NCBI GenBank assembly: GCA_038496445.1
Contig: JALMLS010000015.1
Span: forward strand, 727,303-791,302
Direction of reading: 5' to 3'
Source: Trichosphaerium sp. ATCC 40318
Lineage: Eukaryota > Protista > Tubulinea
Length of the DNA stretch: 64,000 bases
Below, piece after piece: positions 48,800-61,499 of the stretch. The translations under genes and the position numbers were made by a program. Numbering within the stretch: the first letter of the stretch is position 1; each line of letters begins with the position of its first letter. A model generated the notes under the pieces. It was not told where the DNA came from and did not search any database. It was given only the letters and a program-made list of their open reading frames with translations.

Positions 48800-49494
48800 C
48801 TACTTCTCTGACGTTGTTATCTCGTGTATCCACTCGGTCCAGTCGTCAAATCCGTTATGCATTGGTTTACCCTTGAATTTCTCTAATATCTTGTCTTGTT
48901 TACGTTGCTCGAATGCTTCCTTATCCTCCCTCTTCTTACGGAAGTGGTCTCCTCTCATTTGTAGTGAGAACTTATGATCTGGAGGCGTTAGCGTCTCGAT
49001 GCCAGAGTAATCCTTTTTGAGCTGTTTGGTTCCATCCTCAATCCATAATTCCTCTCTCAAGTGCTCGTCGCCTTTCCATCTTGCAAAAGGCAAGGCTTCC
49101 ATTTTGTTAAAGCGTCTACATCATTTTTATGAGTATACAACCTATATGGAACTATTAAACGTACCTGTCTTTCAGTCTGTTGACAGGTAAGAATTTTTGC
49201 GACTTGTCAAAGTCTGTACGGCTGAATAGTGGTAATGGACTTTCTACCCTTTTTCGCTTTGTTAGAGCATAATTACGCATAAAAAACGCAAAAAATAATT
49301 GAACTAGTTCAAAATCCAACTGAGTTTACTAATACTACAGTAATGTACCTCATTAAGTGTTGTTTCTTGATATCAAACATTTTTGCGGTAATTCGCTTGC
49401 GAGCGCTCTTTCTCCCTTTTGTATCCTTCAAATGCTGTCGCACCTTCCTTGATTCGGTTAAAAGCGGCCGTAGAATCGGTTTCGATGGCTTCAT
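48800..49494 (-). CDS. Basic hypothetical protein, possibly mitochondrial ribosomal; 3 exons
   Basis: Lys/Arg-rich N-terminus, in-frame exon joins, 100-aa terminal ORF. Confidence 0.55.
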
Positions 49495-50762
49495 TGTGTA
49501 TTTAACGAAATCTACGCGTATAATACAATTTTAGGACAGATGAAGTGTTGTAAAAGTGATATTGCTACACTCGCTTAAAATCGCATTAAGTTTGGTCTGA
49601 TCTAAACATGCCATAATACCAAAACACTCATAGTCATTATTAGCGCCACTATGCGTAGTTTTTTGTGCAATTGTTTGCGTTAATAGGATAGAAGCCGCTA
49701 CAGAAAATTGGACAGTGACAGAAGACAGATTGAACTATTTAAACTGATGGTTTAGGTTTGCTTGTCTCTGTGATAAGTATAGCCATCTGTTCTTTCCACC
49801 TAGTGGTTAAAGCGTTAAAACCGGTAGAAGTTTATGCAAACTATGCAGGTGTGCTGATTGTGACGTTCCACTATTCAATGGCACGTAAAAACGAACAATC
49901 CAATCTTATTTAGCTTTTAGATTTGTATAGCAGCCTAATGGCTCAGGTATAAACAACTGTTCAAAATGCACAAATAACAGCTAACGGGAAGTTCATCAAA
50001 GAAACCTACTTCATGCAAGCACAACGGTACAAAAAACTTTCTTCTTTTTTTCTTCTTTTTTTCATAGCAAGTTTTAAGGATTATCTATAAACTAGATAAT
50101 GCACCAATATGTGGTAATTGTAAGTCTTGTATTGAAACAAGCCCTAAACACTCTTGCATGGATAAGGACCAAGTGTTAAAAGATAAACAACAGGACCAAG
50201 AAAATGAGATTGACTTACAACTTGGAACAACAAACCGCTTTGGTATTTTTGACCGTCCAGAATGACATCGATTGCTTACAAAGTTATACTCTAAAGATTG
50301 CACTTCACGGACCATGTCTCGTATTAGTGTTTGAGAGATGGTCAGGTGGCGTTTCACCAGACTATTGCCTGTAAGACTTTGGCACCAAATATTATGTGTA
50401 AGAAAACCCAAAAATGATCACATCCTTTTACTTTCAGGTTGTAATATCCCTGTAGTCACTTTATTACCCATTCATTGTTTCCATACATCATATACCGTTT
50501 GGCTAGATAGGTGTTGATTCTTCTATTTTCTTCACCAGTCAGTGCTTCATAATGATATGCCACGGCAGTTTTAAGCTTTCTTGCCCTTATTTCTCAGATA
50601 TTGTCAGCAACACTCAAAGCTGCTGGTAAATCCTAAGCCTGTTATGTTTGCTTGTATGTGAAAAAAGCTAGTGTAACATACTTGTTTATTGGAATGACGA
50701 TTTTGAACACATCTCTATTTTTTCATTCAAAGCCTTGCATCTTACTAACTTTTCGAACCAGA

Positions 50763-50888
50763 CCAAATTAGATAAAGTGATGACTCCAAATTAATTATAT
50801 AAAGATGAAGTTCAACTGGGAGGTGTAATAGGTAGCAATGCTGTGGTTCCACCGTAGCTTTATTTCTGTTGCTCACAACACGCTTCAT
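50763..50888 (-). pseudogene. 5' fragment of an F-box-like/MORN family gene (MORN part absent)
   Basis: MKRVVSNRNKATVEPQHCYLLHLPVELHLYIINLESSLYLIW matches CYLLNIPVEIHLIIIDFDLDVYLKW of 62756-63748, then homology stops. Confidence 0.75.
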
Positions 50889-51068
50889 TTTGATAGTTTA
50901 CCAAGTAGGGATGCTAACGTATGACAATAGTTTTGGTCTACGGTTATTCACATAAACTACGTTCATTATTGTCAGAATTGACCAATGGGAACCTATCTGG
51001 ATTCTTTGAGTTCAAAAGTATTGTCCGTATCATTCAAGTTTGCGACTTTGGCAGAAGTATCAAAGTGT

Positions 51069-51129
51069 AAGATCTTGCAAGAACTAACAAGATCTTGTAA
51101 GAACTAACAGAAGTTGCAAGATCTGTCAG
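51069..51129. repeat. 20-bp minisatellite (2 copies plus a diverged third)
   Basis: AAGATCTTGCAAGAACTAAC / AAGATCTTGTAAGAACTAAC / AGAAGTTGCAAGATCTGTCAG. Confidence 0.8.
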
Positions 51130-51194
51130 CCGACTAAAACGAAAACCATCACAAACAGCATAAAGTGCAAAGATTAGCTTGCATGACACGTCCC

Positions 51195-52436
51195 CGGACT
51201 AAGGCATTTATATACATCTTGTGGTACTATTACAGATAAAGGTCTTTCGTATCTGTCAGGATTAAAGAGTCTGGAACTAGGAGAGGCTGTTGGTACCATT
51301 ACAGGGGAAGGTCTTAAGCACCTGTCTAACTTGACAAGCTTGAGATTTTCTGATCTACCTGGAGTCGACTAGGATGGGTTTATACATCTTGTTAACCTAA
51401 AGGAACTATCTTGTTCTATCGGTGAAAGTTTTACAGATGATCATCTTAAGTGCTTTGAAAACCTTGAGTGTCTTAACCTATCACACAGTCACATAACAGA
51501 CCATATTAAGAAGCTAAGAAAGCTTTGTTTGTTTGGAACTATGGATTGTATAACAACAAAAGGTTTACAACATATCAAATACATTGAGGAAGGTAGCTTT
51601 CTCTTCGAAGGTGCCTTAACAGCAGACTGCTATATCTCTGGTATACGCAGATTAGATATTGTACAACAAGGTAAACACGCTATACCATGTGATGAATTAT
51701 TGAGCTACCTCGCCGGTATTGAAGATATTTGCATAGCAGGTAACCTTTTTACCATACAGGAGTGCTTTTTTAACATCATCCCCATGTGTACTTTTAGGAT
51801 TGACATCAGAAGGTATTAAGTACCTTTCTGGTGTACACACGGTTGATTTAACTAAAACTACTGTTAACGACGAACGTCTAAAATATCTCTCAGGTGCTCG
51901 TAGATTAACTCTGCATGGTACGTTATTCTTTTTCTCACACGTGAAAAAGCACGTGCATTTGAAACTGAAACGGATTTTTGTTGAGTTACTTTTTGTTTAC
52001 TAACGCTTGTGTTATTATAGCTTGCCATGATATCACTAATGATGGCTTGAAGCATCTCGCCGATGTTCCATACATCAATCTTTCTGATACTCAGATATCT
52101 GACGAAGGATTGAAGCATCTTGGCCGTGTTTCTTATCTTTATCTTGATGCTACAAATATTACTGATAATGGCATGAAATACGTCAACCCTAGATTGCTAT
52201 CTATTGTGATGACTGAAGTCACTGACAGCGGTCTTAGCGCTTTGAACAAGACCTACCTCAGATCCGTCAATGTATCTTGGGCAAGAGTTACTGCTAAAGG
52301 TATTAAGTCGTTGGCTGGTGTACCTTTTATACAAGTGAATGACAACATTGGTAAGCACGTGGATGTAGATGATATTGGAAGGTCAACCTTGCGTTTGATT
52401 GATGAAGACATGTATGGTCACTATATTATAAGCTAA
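51195..52436 (+). pseudogene. LRR protein gene related to 34030-35157; no clear start and an in-frame TAG at 51370
   Basis: ITDKGLSYLSGLKSLEL and ITNDGLKHLADVPYINLSDTQISDEGL repeats over three exons, with one premature stop. Confidence 0.7.
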
Positions 52437-52739
52437 AAAGGTGTACCCATTTACCATCAAAGGAATACCCCCTAATCACGAAGGACTAAATCTCGTCACT
52501 TCAAGTTGTTAAACATGCAAATAGAATATTTGAGTTTCAAATAAAAAATAGTGTTGCTGTACTCAAGATGCAACTTAAGCTTTCTTCTCAAAAATCACTA
52601 AGTACAAAATTAGGACTGCTTCTTTCCACCAGTTGCCAAAATAAAACAACTGTTGTTAGCTGTAAATAACAGTTCATTATTGTACGAACACTACAAAGTT
52701 CTTGCTTTGATCTTCTAGCAGTTGGGAAAATTCTTAAAA

Positions 52740-54613
52740 TTATTTTTGGTGTGCCATTACGATCCAATGCTTTTCATTTTGTACTTTACCATCAACATAA
52801 ACACCTTGACACTTCAATTGGCCATTAGAGTACCAATTCTTTTCTTCTCCATGTTTATATCCATTAACCCAAAAACAATGCCTCTTTAGTTGTCCATTCT
52901 CATGCCACATCCTTTCCTCTCCGTTTTTGTCATTTCTTACATATGTACATTGTGAGAGTATCTGACCATTAGGTGAATAATAGCGCTTTTCTTCACCTTC
53001 CTTCTTATCATTAACATAAACACATTGACACTTCAATTGTCCATTATAGTACCAATTCTTTTCTTCTCCATGTTTACGTCCATTAACCCAAAAACAATGC
53101 CTCTTTAGTTGTCCATTCTCATGCCACATCCTTTCCTCTCCGTTTTTGTCATTTTTTATATACGTACATTGTGAGAGTATCTGACCATTAGATGAATAAT
53201 AACGCTTTTCTTCGCCTTCCTTCTTATCATTAACATAAAAGCGGTGGAACTCTAGTTGTCCATTTTCGAACCAATACTTTTCCTCACCTTCTTTTCTTGA
53301 CATAAACTTTTCTTCTGAGTGGTTGGTGTCATAATGCCAAATACTTTTTAGGTTTCCATTCTCATACCAGTATTTTTCTTCTCCTTCTTTAAAAAATTCG
53401 AAATAGAAGCACTGATTTCTCAGATTACCATTCTCGTACCAACACTTCTCTTCTCCATGTTTCTTATTATTAACGTAGTGATTCTGGTGCTTCAGTTGGC
53501 CACTTGCATACCAATGTTTGACTTCTCCTTCTACCTTGCCATCAATAAAAGTACGTTGAGTTTCTATTTTGCCATTACTGTAATACAATGTCGTTAACCC
53601 TTCTTTCTTTCCTTTTCTGTAAACCATTTTTGATGCTAATGTTCCATTCTCATGATATTCCTCCTTCTCACCTTCTATTTCTCCATTGACATAAACACAT
53701 TTTTTGTGCAATTGTCCACTATAATGCCAAAGTTTTTCTTCTCCTTCTTTACTACCATTAGCATAAGAACGCTCGCTGGCTATCTGACCACTCTCGAACC
53801 AAAATGTTTCTTTTCCTTCTTTCTTGCCATTAATATAAACACGCTGACTCTTCAGTTGATTATTCTCATACCACTCCTTTTCTTCACTTCTACCATCTTT
53901 CCCTACTGGTAATAACGAATAATTTGGTTTGCCACTCTCATAAAAGTGCTTCTTTGTCATGAATCCATCAATGAAACAGTACTCACGTGATACTTGTCCG
54001 TTCTTGTACCAACACTTAATTTCTCCACTGCGCTTGCCATTAATGCAATTGTACTTCTCTTTCAGTCTACCATTGTTGTGCCACTCCTTACATTCACCAT
54101 GTACCTTCCCATTGACATAGGGTAGGAGCTTGAAAATAGAACCGTCTGATATCCTGAACATTTTGCTGTCTCCATGTCTTACCATTCTTGTAAAACCGAT
54201 GTTCCGCAAGGAATCCTTTGATCGCCCATGCCTTGTACTCGCCATCGAGTACGTCATCGATGTAATGACATTGTTTAATCTGTGAACCTCCTTTCCGCCA
54301 AGTTTTGAGAACGCCTTGTTTGAGTCCGCCAGAATAAAACCTTTCGCCTACTTTCTTACCACCGTTGTATCTCATCCATTTACCTTGTTTTTTCAAGTCG
54401 ATATCAAACCTTGAGCATAATGCGGCTTGTTTGGATAGCAACGGCCATTTAACATAAGCAGAATAATCCAAGTCCATGATATCGAGTTGTAGCTCCACTG
54501 GGAGTTGGAGAAGACTCGTTTTAATACGTTTTTGTTTGTGTGTCCTCTATTCAGCGTCAAAATATGTTAATACGTTAAAAATATATTGTACGTACTTTTC
54601 TTCTTGCCGCCAT
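52740..54613 (-). CDS. Basic exon + F-box-like + long MORN-variant repeat protein, frameshifted near 54180
   Basis: MAARRK|RTHKQKRIKTSLLQLPVELQLDIMDLD..KWPLLSK..RFDIDLKKQGKW; ORFs 54094-54498 and 52740-54257. Confidence 0.85.
52794..53239. repeat. Recent 219-bp (73-aa, three MORN units) internal tandem duplication
   Basis: DKKEGEEKRYYSxNGQILSQCTY..HGEEKNWYxNGQLKCQ occurs twice, near-identical in DNA, offset 219. Confidence 0.9.
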
Positions 54614-55797
54614 ACCGTTTTTTTGGTCGTGTTGCTGTAGTTATGAAAATTGCCTAAGAATTCGTGAGAAAACTCATTTTTTTTCATAGAGCCGCCTTTC
54701 TTGTTTTTTTCTAGTGTTAAAAATGTTCAATAGACTACTATTCGCAAATACACCTTAAAATACTCGCTCATACAATTTAACTTCAATAAATACAGTGGCG
54801 CCTAAGAAAATCTTGAGCGTGGAAGGCTTTACTTGACGTTGACAGTGGCTGGTACAATATCTTCATGCAATAACTTAAACGGTACTTATCACGTGTTAAA
54901 GGTTGGTATCGTTTCTAACGGTTTTGCGATTAGAATCCGAAAAAAATGCGAGATCGTAAGCGTGTGCCAAAGAGCATACGATAGGTACTACAACTGTGCC
55001 CAATTAGAACATTTACCATTGGTAGATACTATTGAATCTTGCAATTCATTGCGTAAGCTACGGAAATATGACACATTGAAAAATTATATAATATTCATTT
55101 CAATGAGGTTGAAATGCTTGATTGAGTATCTTATTCCAATACACAAGCTCACATATCCATTCAATGGAAAACTTGTATGCTTTTGTTACATCTCTGGTTG
55201 TACGTGATAAACACAACGCTACTGCTTGAAGATAAAAAATTTCATGGACGCACAAAATTCCTCTAATTCTAGCACTCCAAATGCTGCAATGAGGAAGTAT
55301 AGACTGTATATACGACGCTTAGCATCACTAATGTATCTGTAAAGAAAAATGAGAAGATCAAACGATGTCTGAGGTGTGCATGAGTGTGTTGTAAAAAGTT
55401 GAAATTTGTATGAGTAAGGATATTTTGTTGTATTAGGGAGGGGACTAGAGCATTAATTTACGGCTACACAACCGTTAACGGTTTAGGTTTGATAAACTGT
55501 TAAGCAACTACAATAGCGTAAATTGTTCTGTCACAACTGGGCAAATCTCAATATCTAGATGAAGTTCACCCACGAAATGCCAACTTTTTGGCCGGATTGA
55601 TGTCTATAATATTGTCTTTTTCTCTCTGATAATAATGACAATGTACCAAGTGATCAACAAGAAGGAGAAACCAACAACTAACTGTTGACGAACTCTAAAA
55701 CGGGGCAGATAAGGCGCTCCTGAGGTTAAGTCAAGAGTCTACTTTATTCAGCGTTAAATAGTTTCTACTGTCACCACACGCACCGTCATATAGTAAG

Positions 55798-56483
55798 ATG
55801 ACAGATGCCACGCTTGATACTGCAATAATGGTTAATTACGCTTCCAAATTGCTCTTTGATAAAGATTTCGCTCGTTACTTTCTGTGTGCGTACCTTCCTT
55901 TGCCGTCCGTCATTTCCGTTGGTCAATGCTCCAAAGAATGGTCTGATATAAAAAAAACAATCTCAGAGGTGGATATGCTCGTTTTATGTAACACATACGC
56001 CCTGGAATTGCTCAGGGCACCGAAAAGGTTCGTTTTGGCGCCAAAACTACCACACCCTGTCAGCCGAATTCAAGAGTCTCTCCGATTGTAAAATAGCTAA
56101 TGTTAAACAACAGAATCGTAGATGCAGTGATTGAATCAACAAGGAATCGTTCAGGAAGAGTTATACAAAATTATAGCTACGAAGAGTTTGATGAAGATAC
56201 TATCACTAGTGGAAGAGAAATGTCTAACAAGAACCTACTACAGCACATCATAACAAACTCCTTTTATACAGAAAATTTCCCATACTTGGATGGTACATTA
56301 GCAGATTACTACCCTGACAAGCTTAAATGTCAAAAATGCAAATGCTACAATTCTAATGATAAAGAAATTGTATCCTCCTCACCACGTGGGTCTCCCTCAA
56401 CAACAAACTATGACTCTGAGGAATCTAATGACTTTGAGGAATATGATTCAGAAGAATCTGACTATGGTGAAGAAAGCAAGTGA
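55798..56483 (+). other. F-box-like ORF followed by an acidic-tailed ORF; one split gene or a pseudogene
   Basis: DFARYFLCAYLPLPSVISVGQCSKEW resembles an F-box; the second ORF starts 9 nt after the stop. Confidence 0.4.
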
Positions 56484-56563
56484 TTAAACATGCTCATCGT
56501 TATGGTAACACATGTTTTAGGTCAAGCAGAATTCATTGTAAGTGAGAATGGTGAACCAGGCAC

Positions 56564-57028
56564 GTGTTTTCAAAAGTTAAACGGCTTCCATCACTGTTAC
56601 TAATGGTGATTCGAACAGTGTTGGTTTGTAATGAATGCAAAATAAAGTACTTTGGTTCAGAAGTGGAATCAAAGGAAATTGCATGTTCACGACATGTAAA
56701 GCAGAGTAGATACTGGGAAGCTAAAAGATATGGAGGGGGAAAGCCAAGATATGAATTAGAGCCAGGAAAATTTGTTTGTAAGGAATGTGCACTTGATGAT
56801 GAATTGTTTGTTTTAAGGTTGTTGATGATGGAGTGTCCTGGGTGGATAGACGAGGAGGGCGTGGATTTTTGCTATAAGATACTTGATAAATCAAAGGGTG
56901 ATACTGTGCTTAGCCTTTATGATAGACATGTTAGACTAAAAGAAGGAGAGCATTGTATAAGATTGCTTGAGTGGGAAGGAATGGACTCACTTGTAAAGTG
57001 TTCATGGGTTGGAAAGTGGTTAAAGTAG
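56564..57028 (+). CDS. Hypothetical protein with CxxC pairs
   Basis: 154-codon ORF containing CNEC and CKEC; purine-rich coding-like composition. Confidence 0.45.
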   Translation: MFSKVKRLPSLLLMVIRTVLVCNECKIKYFGSEVESKEIACSRHVKQSRYWEAKRYGGGKPRYELEPGKFVCKECALDDELFVLRLLMMECPGWIDEEGVDFCYKILDKSKGDTVLSLYDRHVRLKEGEHCIRLLEWEGMDSLVKCSWVGKWLK

Positions 57029-57329
57029 TTTGAAACAGTACATACTCAATGCTTTGGGATGAAGCGTGACTCAAAAATGTAAGATAAATTGTTTCTTTGA
57101 CAAAGACCTTGGTTTCACAAAGCTATTGGAGCTATGTGACTCAGCAACTGAGTTTCGTACTGAGGCACGGAATTTTTTACACTACTATCATCGTGTAAGT
57201 AAAAAGAGTGTACCTACGGGATATGTCTAACTACATGCTAATGAGGTTTATCGATTGGGTGCATTTATTTCTTAGTGATGGCAAGGCAATAAAGTCATAT
57301 ATTTTATTCTTCTAAATAATTTGTACATA

Positions 57330-60300
57330 CTACTTAAACCAAACGTATATATCAGGATTATTTATGATATCTTCTCCTGTGAGAGTATTCTCTGCAGTTA
57401 CTTCAACATTAAAGTATCGTTGGTTCTCTGGAATAGTAATCTTTGATATCTCTGGGACAAGCTTTGATAGCCTAATCACTATTAATTACATGTATAGTTA
57501 TGGTTTAGACATACTTTCTTGGAAGTTTCTGTGACGCTCGCTTATCGAAGATAGAGTAAATCATCGCAGTGCCAACGCCTATAATCTGTGCATCCATTTG
57601 GAAATTCTCCTGTGTACGATTAGCCTCATTTGAACAAACTCAAAGAGGATGTACCTTAAGGTGTACCAAAAACTCTTTCAATGTAATATCACCTTTCTTT
57701 ATATCAATGCGGTCCCACAGGGTGAACTCAGAGTCTCTGAACATTAACTTTTGTGGCGGCAATGGTTCAGATTGTTGGAACAAAGGCAATGTCAAATTTA
57801 CAAAAGAGTTTTTGAACGAGCTTAGTGTTTTCCCTGTTTGAAATAACTACCAAACTTGTTAGCGTATAGAACTCTCTCATTCTTAAAGCGTACCTTGTAG
57901 ATCTCTAAACAAACTAAACCAGTAACTAGAGCAGTAGTAGTGATCATAGCAGGCATAATACGACCAGCTATTAGCTTTGATTGCAACTGAGTTACCTTAA
58001 CAGAATTAGACGTAGGGACAATGAAATCACGTGATTGGTATATTTGTAAATACGTACTGGTTTGATACCATAAGCATTTGCACGGATATTAGAAGCAGCA
58101 TGAATAAAGTCAATATGAAAGTTGGTATCATCGTCTTTTTCAAATTCTACAGGATTTGCTCGGAAAGTAATTCGTTCTGTCTTAGGCAGTTTAGCTTCTA
58201 TTCTAGCTATTTTTTCATCATCATCGTTTGAGTATTGGCTAAAATATTCACATTAAGTTACTTGTCTCGTATACCATCCAAAGAGACGTACACAACTTTT
58301 GTGTTTGATTTCTCATCAGTTTCTATCTTGATTCCATCCTTTGGCTTCCATTGTGGAATTCGTACTTGTGAAGCCGCTTCGGCTATGGCGTATACTTGTG
58401 AATTAACGTCTGATGGCTTGTGCTCAGAATCAATAATATTAAGAGTGAAAGCGCGCAAGAAAGTTGCCGAAACAACAAATTTCGCGTGTAATTGATTTTT
58501 AGCATCAAACTCAACTATCTTTGGAGGTCTCTTTGAACCAGACCAGAAAGGCGCTAAAGCTGATAAGTTGTGGTGGCCTTAAGAAAACTGACTTCGATTA
58601 AAAAGCTGTCTTACCTCCGCGAGAGTCAATAAAATCAACAGGAAAATTGTAAAGAAGTTGCTTGTGTTTCCAGTTAAACAGCTTTTCAAACTCAAGTCTA
58701 GCCCATACTATACACTCTTTAAAGTCATGTTGTCTTTCTAAAATACAGCTTTCCAGTATTTCCAAGGTAGGCAGTTTGAGATTTTGGGAAACACTCTACA
58801 GAGTAAAGTAAGTCAAAAAACCGGCAAAAAAAAATGTCTCGTGCAGTCAGATAATCAGATTGCTCAAGAAAAGCGTTTGTTACTTCAGGGTGTTTAACGA
58901 AATAGCCCTCAAAGCAATGTTCCCTTTTTAGTACAATCTGTTAGGCAGGTATATGAGAACAACTAACAGTACCTTGCCCATTGTAAGCAGTGTTCGATAG
59001 TGCTTGGGAAAGAATGCAAGATGCATATGTGTGCCTCTTTTGGTGGAGGATCGCTCGAAGATCCATACGATTCTGTAGTATGTGGTACAACAACTTGAAC
59101 ATTGCCCTTAGATCCAAGTGTGCCAGAATCGATAAGAGGCTTTCTAGGCAAATTTAGAGTTGCTTATTCAAGGTTCAACTATACCTGAAGAATACGCATC
59201 TTCTGTCTATGTACAAGCGAGCTTCTATGTTATCTACAGCATTTGCTACACCATCAAGTTTTTCCCAAAAGTCATCATGGAATACATTTTCAGTTGAAGG
59301 ACCAACTTTAGTTGCTAGAGCTTCTATCTTCAAGTTTGGATTCATTTTACGAACAGCTTCACAAGCAGTCATTGATTTAAGCTTCTAAGACAGTACATAT
59401 CAGTGATGTTAATTATAGGTGCTTGTGTACCGTTACATCCCAACTACGGTACAAGAACTGCCTGTTCAAATTTGATATTTCAATCGTATCCATATCAGTT
59501 ACAGTTACTTTTCCTTTGGGTCCTATGGTGTTGCTTAATTTACAATTCATTGTATAAACGCCTGTCGTACCACAACCGATACCCATCATTGCCAAATTCT
59601 TGAGCATCTCGCAGCCAATTGCGCCAGCACCAACCACGAAGTAATTTAGGTTCAAGAGTTTCTGGGTGAATGTATTTCCAAATACAGCAATTTGACCGTC
59701 GTATCTTGTGTTTCTCTGCTAGTAGTTAAGCATTTGTAATTCTATACGAGTGAGAACATACCGGTTCAGCATCTGATTCTGATATGTCATCAGTGGGAAG
59801 ACATTCAAGGTTCTCTATGAATAAAAACTGATTGATTGGTGTGAACTTATTTGTTGTCGCTTTGAGGACTTCTTGAGTTACTATGCCTCCAAATGTAGCT
59901 GACATCGGGTTTATTGAACCCGATGACGTTTTAGCTAAGTCAAGGATTACTTTTGAAAGCGATCGTTTTACTTCTCCATCAACCTAGAATGGTTTTAGTT
60001 TTTCTGCACAAAATCGCAACAGCGTTACCTTTGGAGATTCACTGAAGTCCTTGATTGCGTAGCGTTCATCTTCTCTTAACTCGCTATTAATCTTGTGCAC
60101 CCTTTGCAACACATCTCCAGCGTCGTTCTTAGGAAAAATTAGTACTTTTATTTTTAAAAAGCTTGTTATTTTTAGTGCACTTACGTTGTTATGTGGTTTT
60201 GGGAGTCTTCCATTTTCTTTTCTAAAAGATAAGATTGCTTGTAAAAAGAGGAAATAAAGCATAGATCTGTTGGTTTTAGACCAATCAACGATTTGTATTT

Positions 60301-61499
60301 TGTCTTCCGGCAATTTCTTGCCCACGAAACTTTCCAAAGAGTCCTACGCTGTATGTGAGTGAAACTGGATGTAATCTTCTTTAAAGGATAATAAAATACG
60401 TACAAAAGAGGCGTGCACAGGTTTCTTGACTTGAACTAAGTATCCTCCTTTGAAGTAATCTGAAAACTCTGTTGTGTCTCCAATGATGAGTTGTTCTGGA
60501 CCTTTTACTTTCACTTTGTATTCCTGTCCGTTAATCTCTTCCATTCCTTTCACTTCTGTTATTCGAATATAATCGCCGTCTTCTAGGTCATGGTTTGATG
60601 TTTCAGCAACCGTAACAACAGCTTCTTTCTCCTTCCGAAAACATAAGTTAGATGAGAATAAAACAAGAATTGTTTATTGATTTGTACCTTTGTAATATGC
60701 GACAAAAACGCTGTCTTAGGTCTCTCACCATCTTTGTCAAGGATTATAAAAGGTTGTTTACCCATATCAATAAAAGTATAACCAAATAATCCAAGAACAT
60801 CAGCAGCAATAAACTTGACATTGGATTCACGGCACATTTTGTTGTACTGTAGCAAACTGTCAAATGACATATTGTTAGTGAATACAACTACCTAATACAT
60901 GCTTTAGTAAACCCTCAGCGAAACACTCTACAAAGCGTTGAGACAAAAACGACAAAGGTTGTACCGAGAACTTGCGTATAAAAGATTCTTCAATAGTTCC
61001 ATTAAACACTTCAATATTCACACGTTCATTTAGTTCCCGCAATCTACCCAGTAGTACTTGCGCTCTGTTCATACCGACATCTTCTTCACTCAAATAAAAC
61101 TAGAAAAGTTAGCGACTTAACTTGATCCAACTTGTCCACTTACGTTTGTACTCAAATCTGAAATTGTAACCGCCTCTGTATCTTGGATAACCAGAGAAGA
61201 TACTCCCATGAGAACAAGATTTTTTGCTATTACAACAACGTGAGTACGAAACTGTCTTTGATCATTCTATTAACGGGATTACCTATTTCGATACCAAGAC
61301 CTTTCAGGCCTACCAAAAATATCCGAGAGCGTTCAAGTTGTTTAAGAGTCTCAACACCATTCTCGCCAAGAGAATGAAGTAATCTGCTTGATCTTGCTTC
61401 CCACGATTGTTGACTTTCTACTTTCTGTTTGAGTTAGCGTTAGATTTGCCCTGTAATCGCTTCGTAGTGGTTGCGTACCTCAGTAGATGTGCTCTCCAT
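57330..61499 (-). CDS. Ubiquitin-activating enzyme E1 (UBA1/UBA6-like, divergent), ~21 exons
   Basis: [50 protein letters not shown], catalytic [48 protein letters not shown]. Confidence 0.93.

Noticed and set aside
51069-51129. CRISPR-like repeat
   Set aside because: Adjacent tandem units without spacers, in a eukaryotic context with no cas genes.
51165-51205. U6 snRNA-like words (AAGATTAGC, ATGACACG)
   Set aside because: Not collinear with U6, no ACAGAGA box, and it runs into LRR coding remnants.
16760-54200. Shared programmed ribosomal frameshift in MORN genes
   Set aside because: The shifts go in both directions, with no common slippery heptamer or downstream structure.
54830-55400. 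RNase H-like remnant (VSYSNTQAHISIQW)
   Set aside because: The similarity is too short and catalytic residues are not identifiable.
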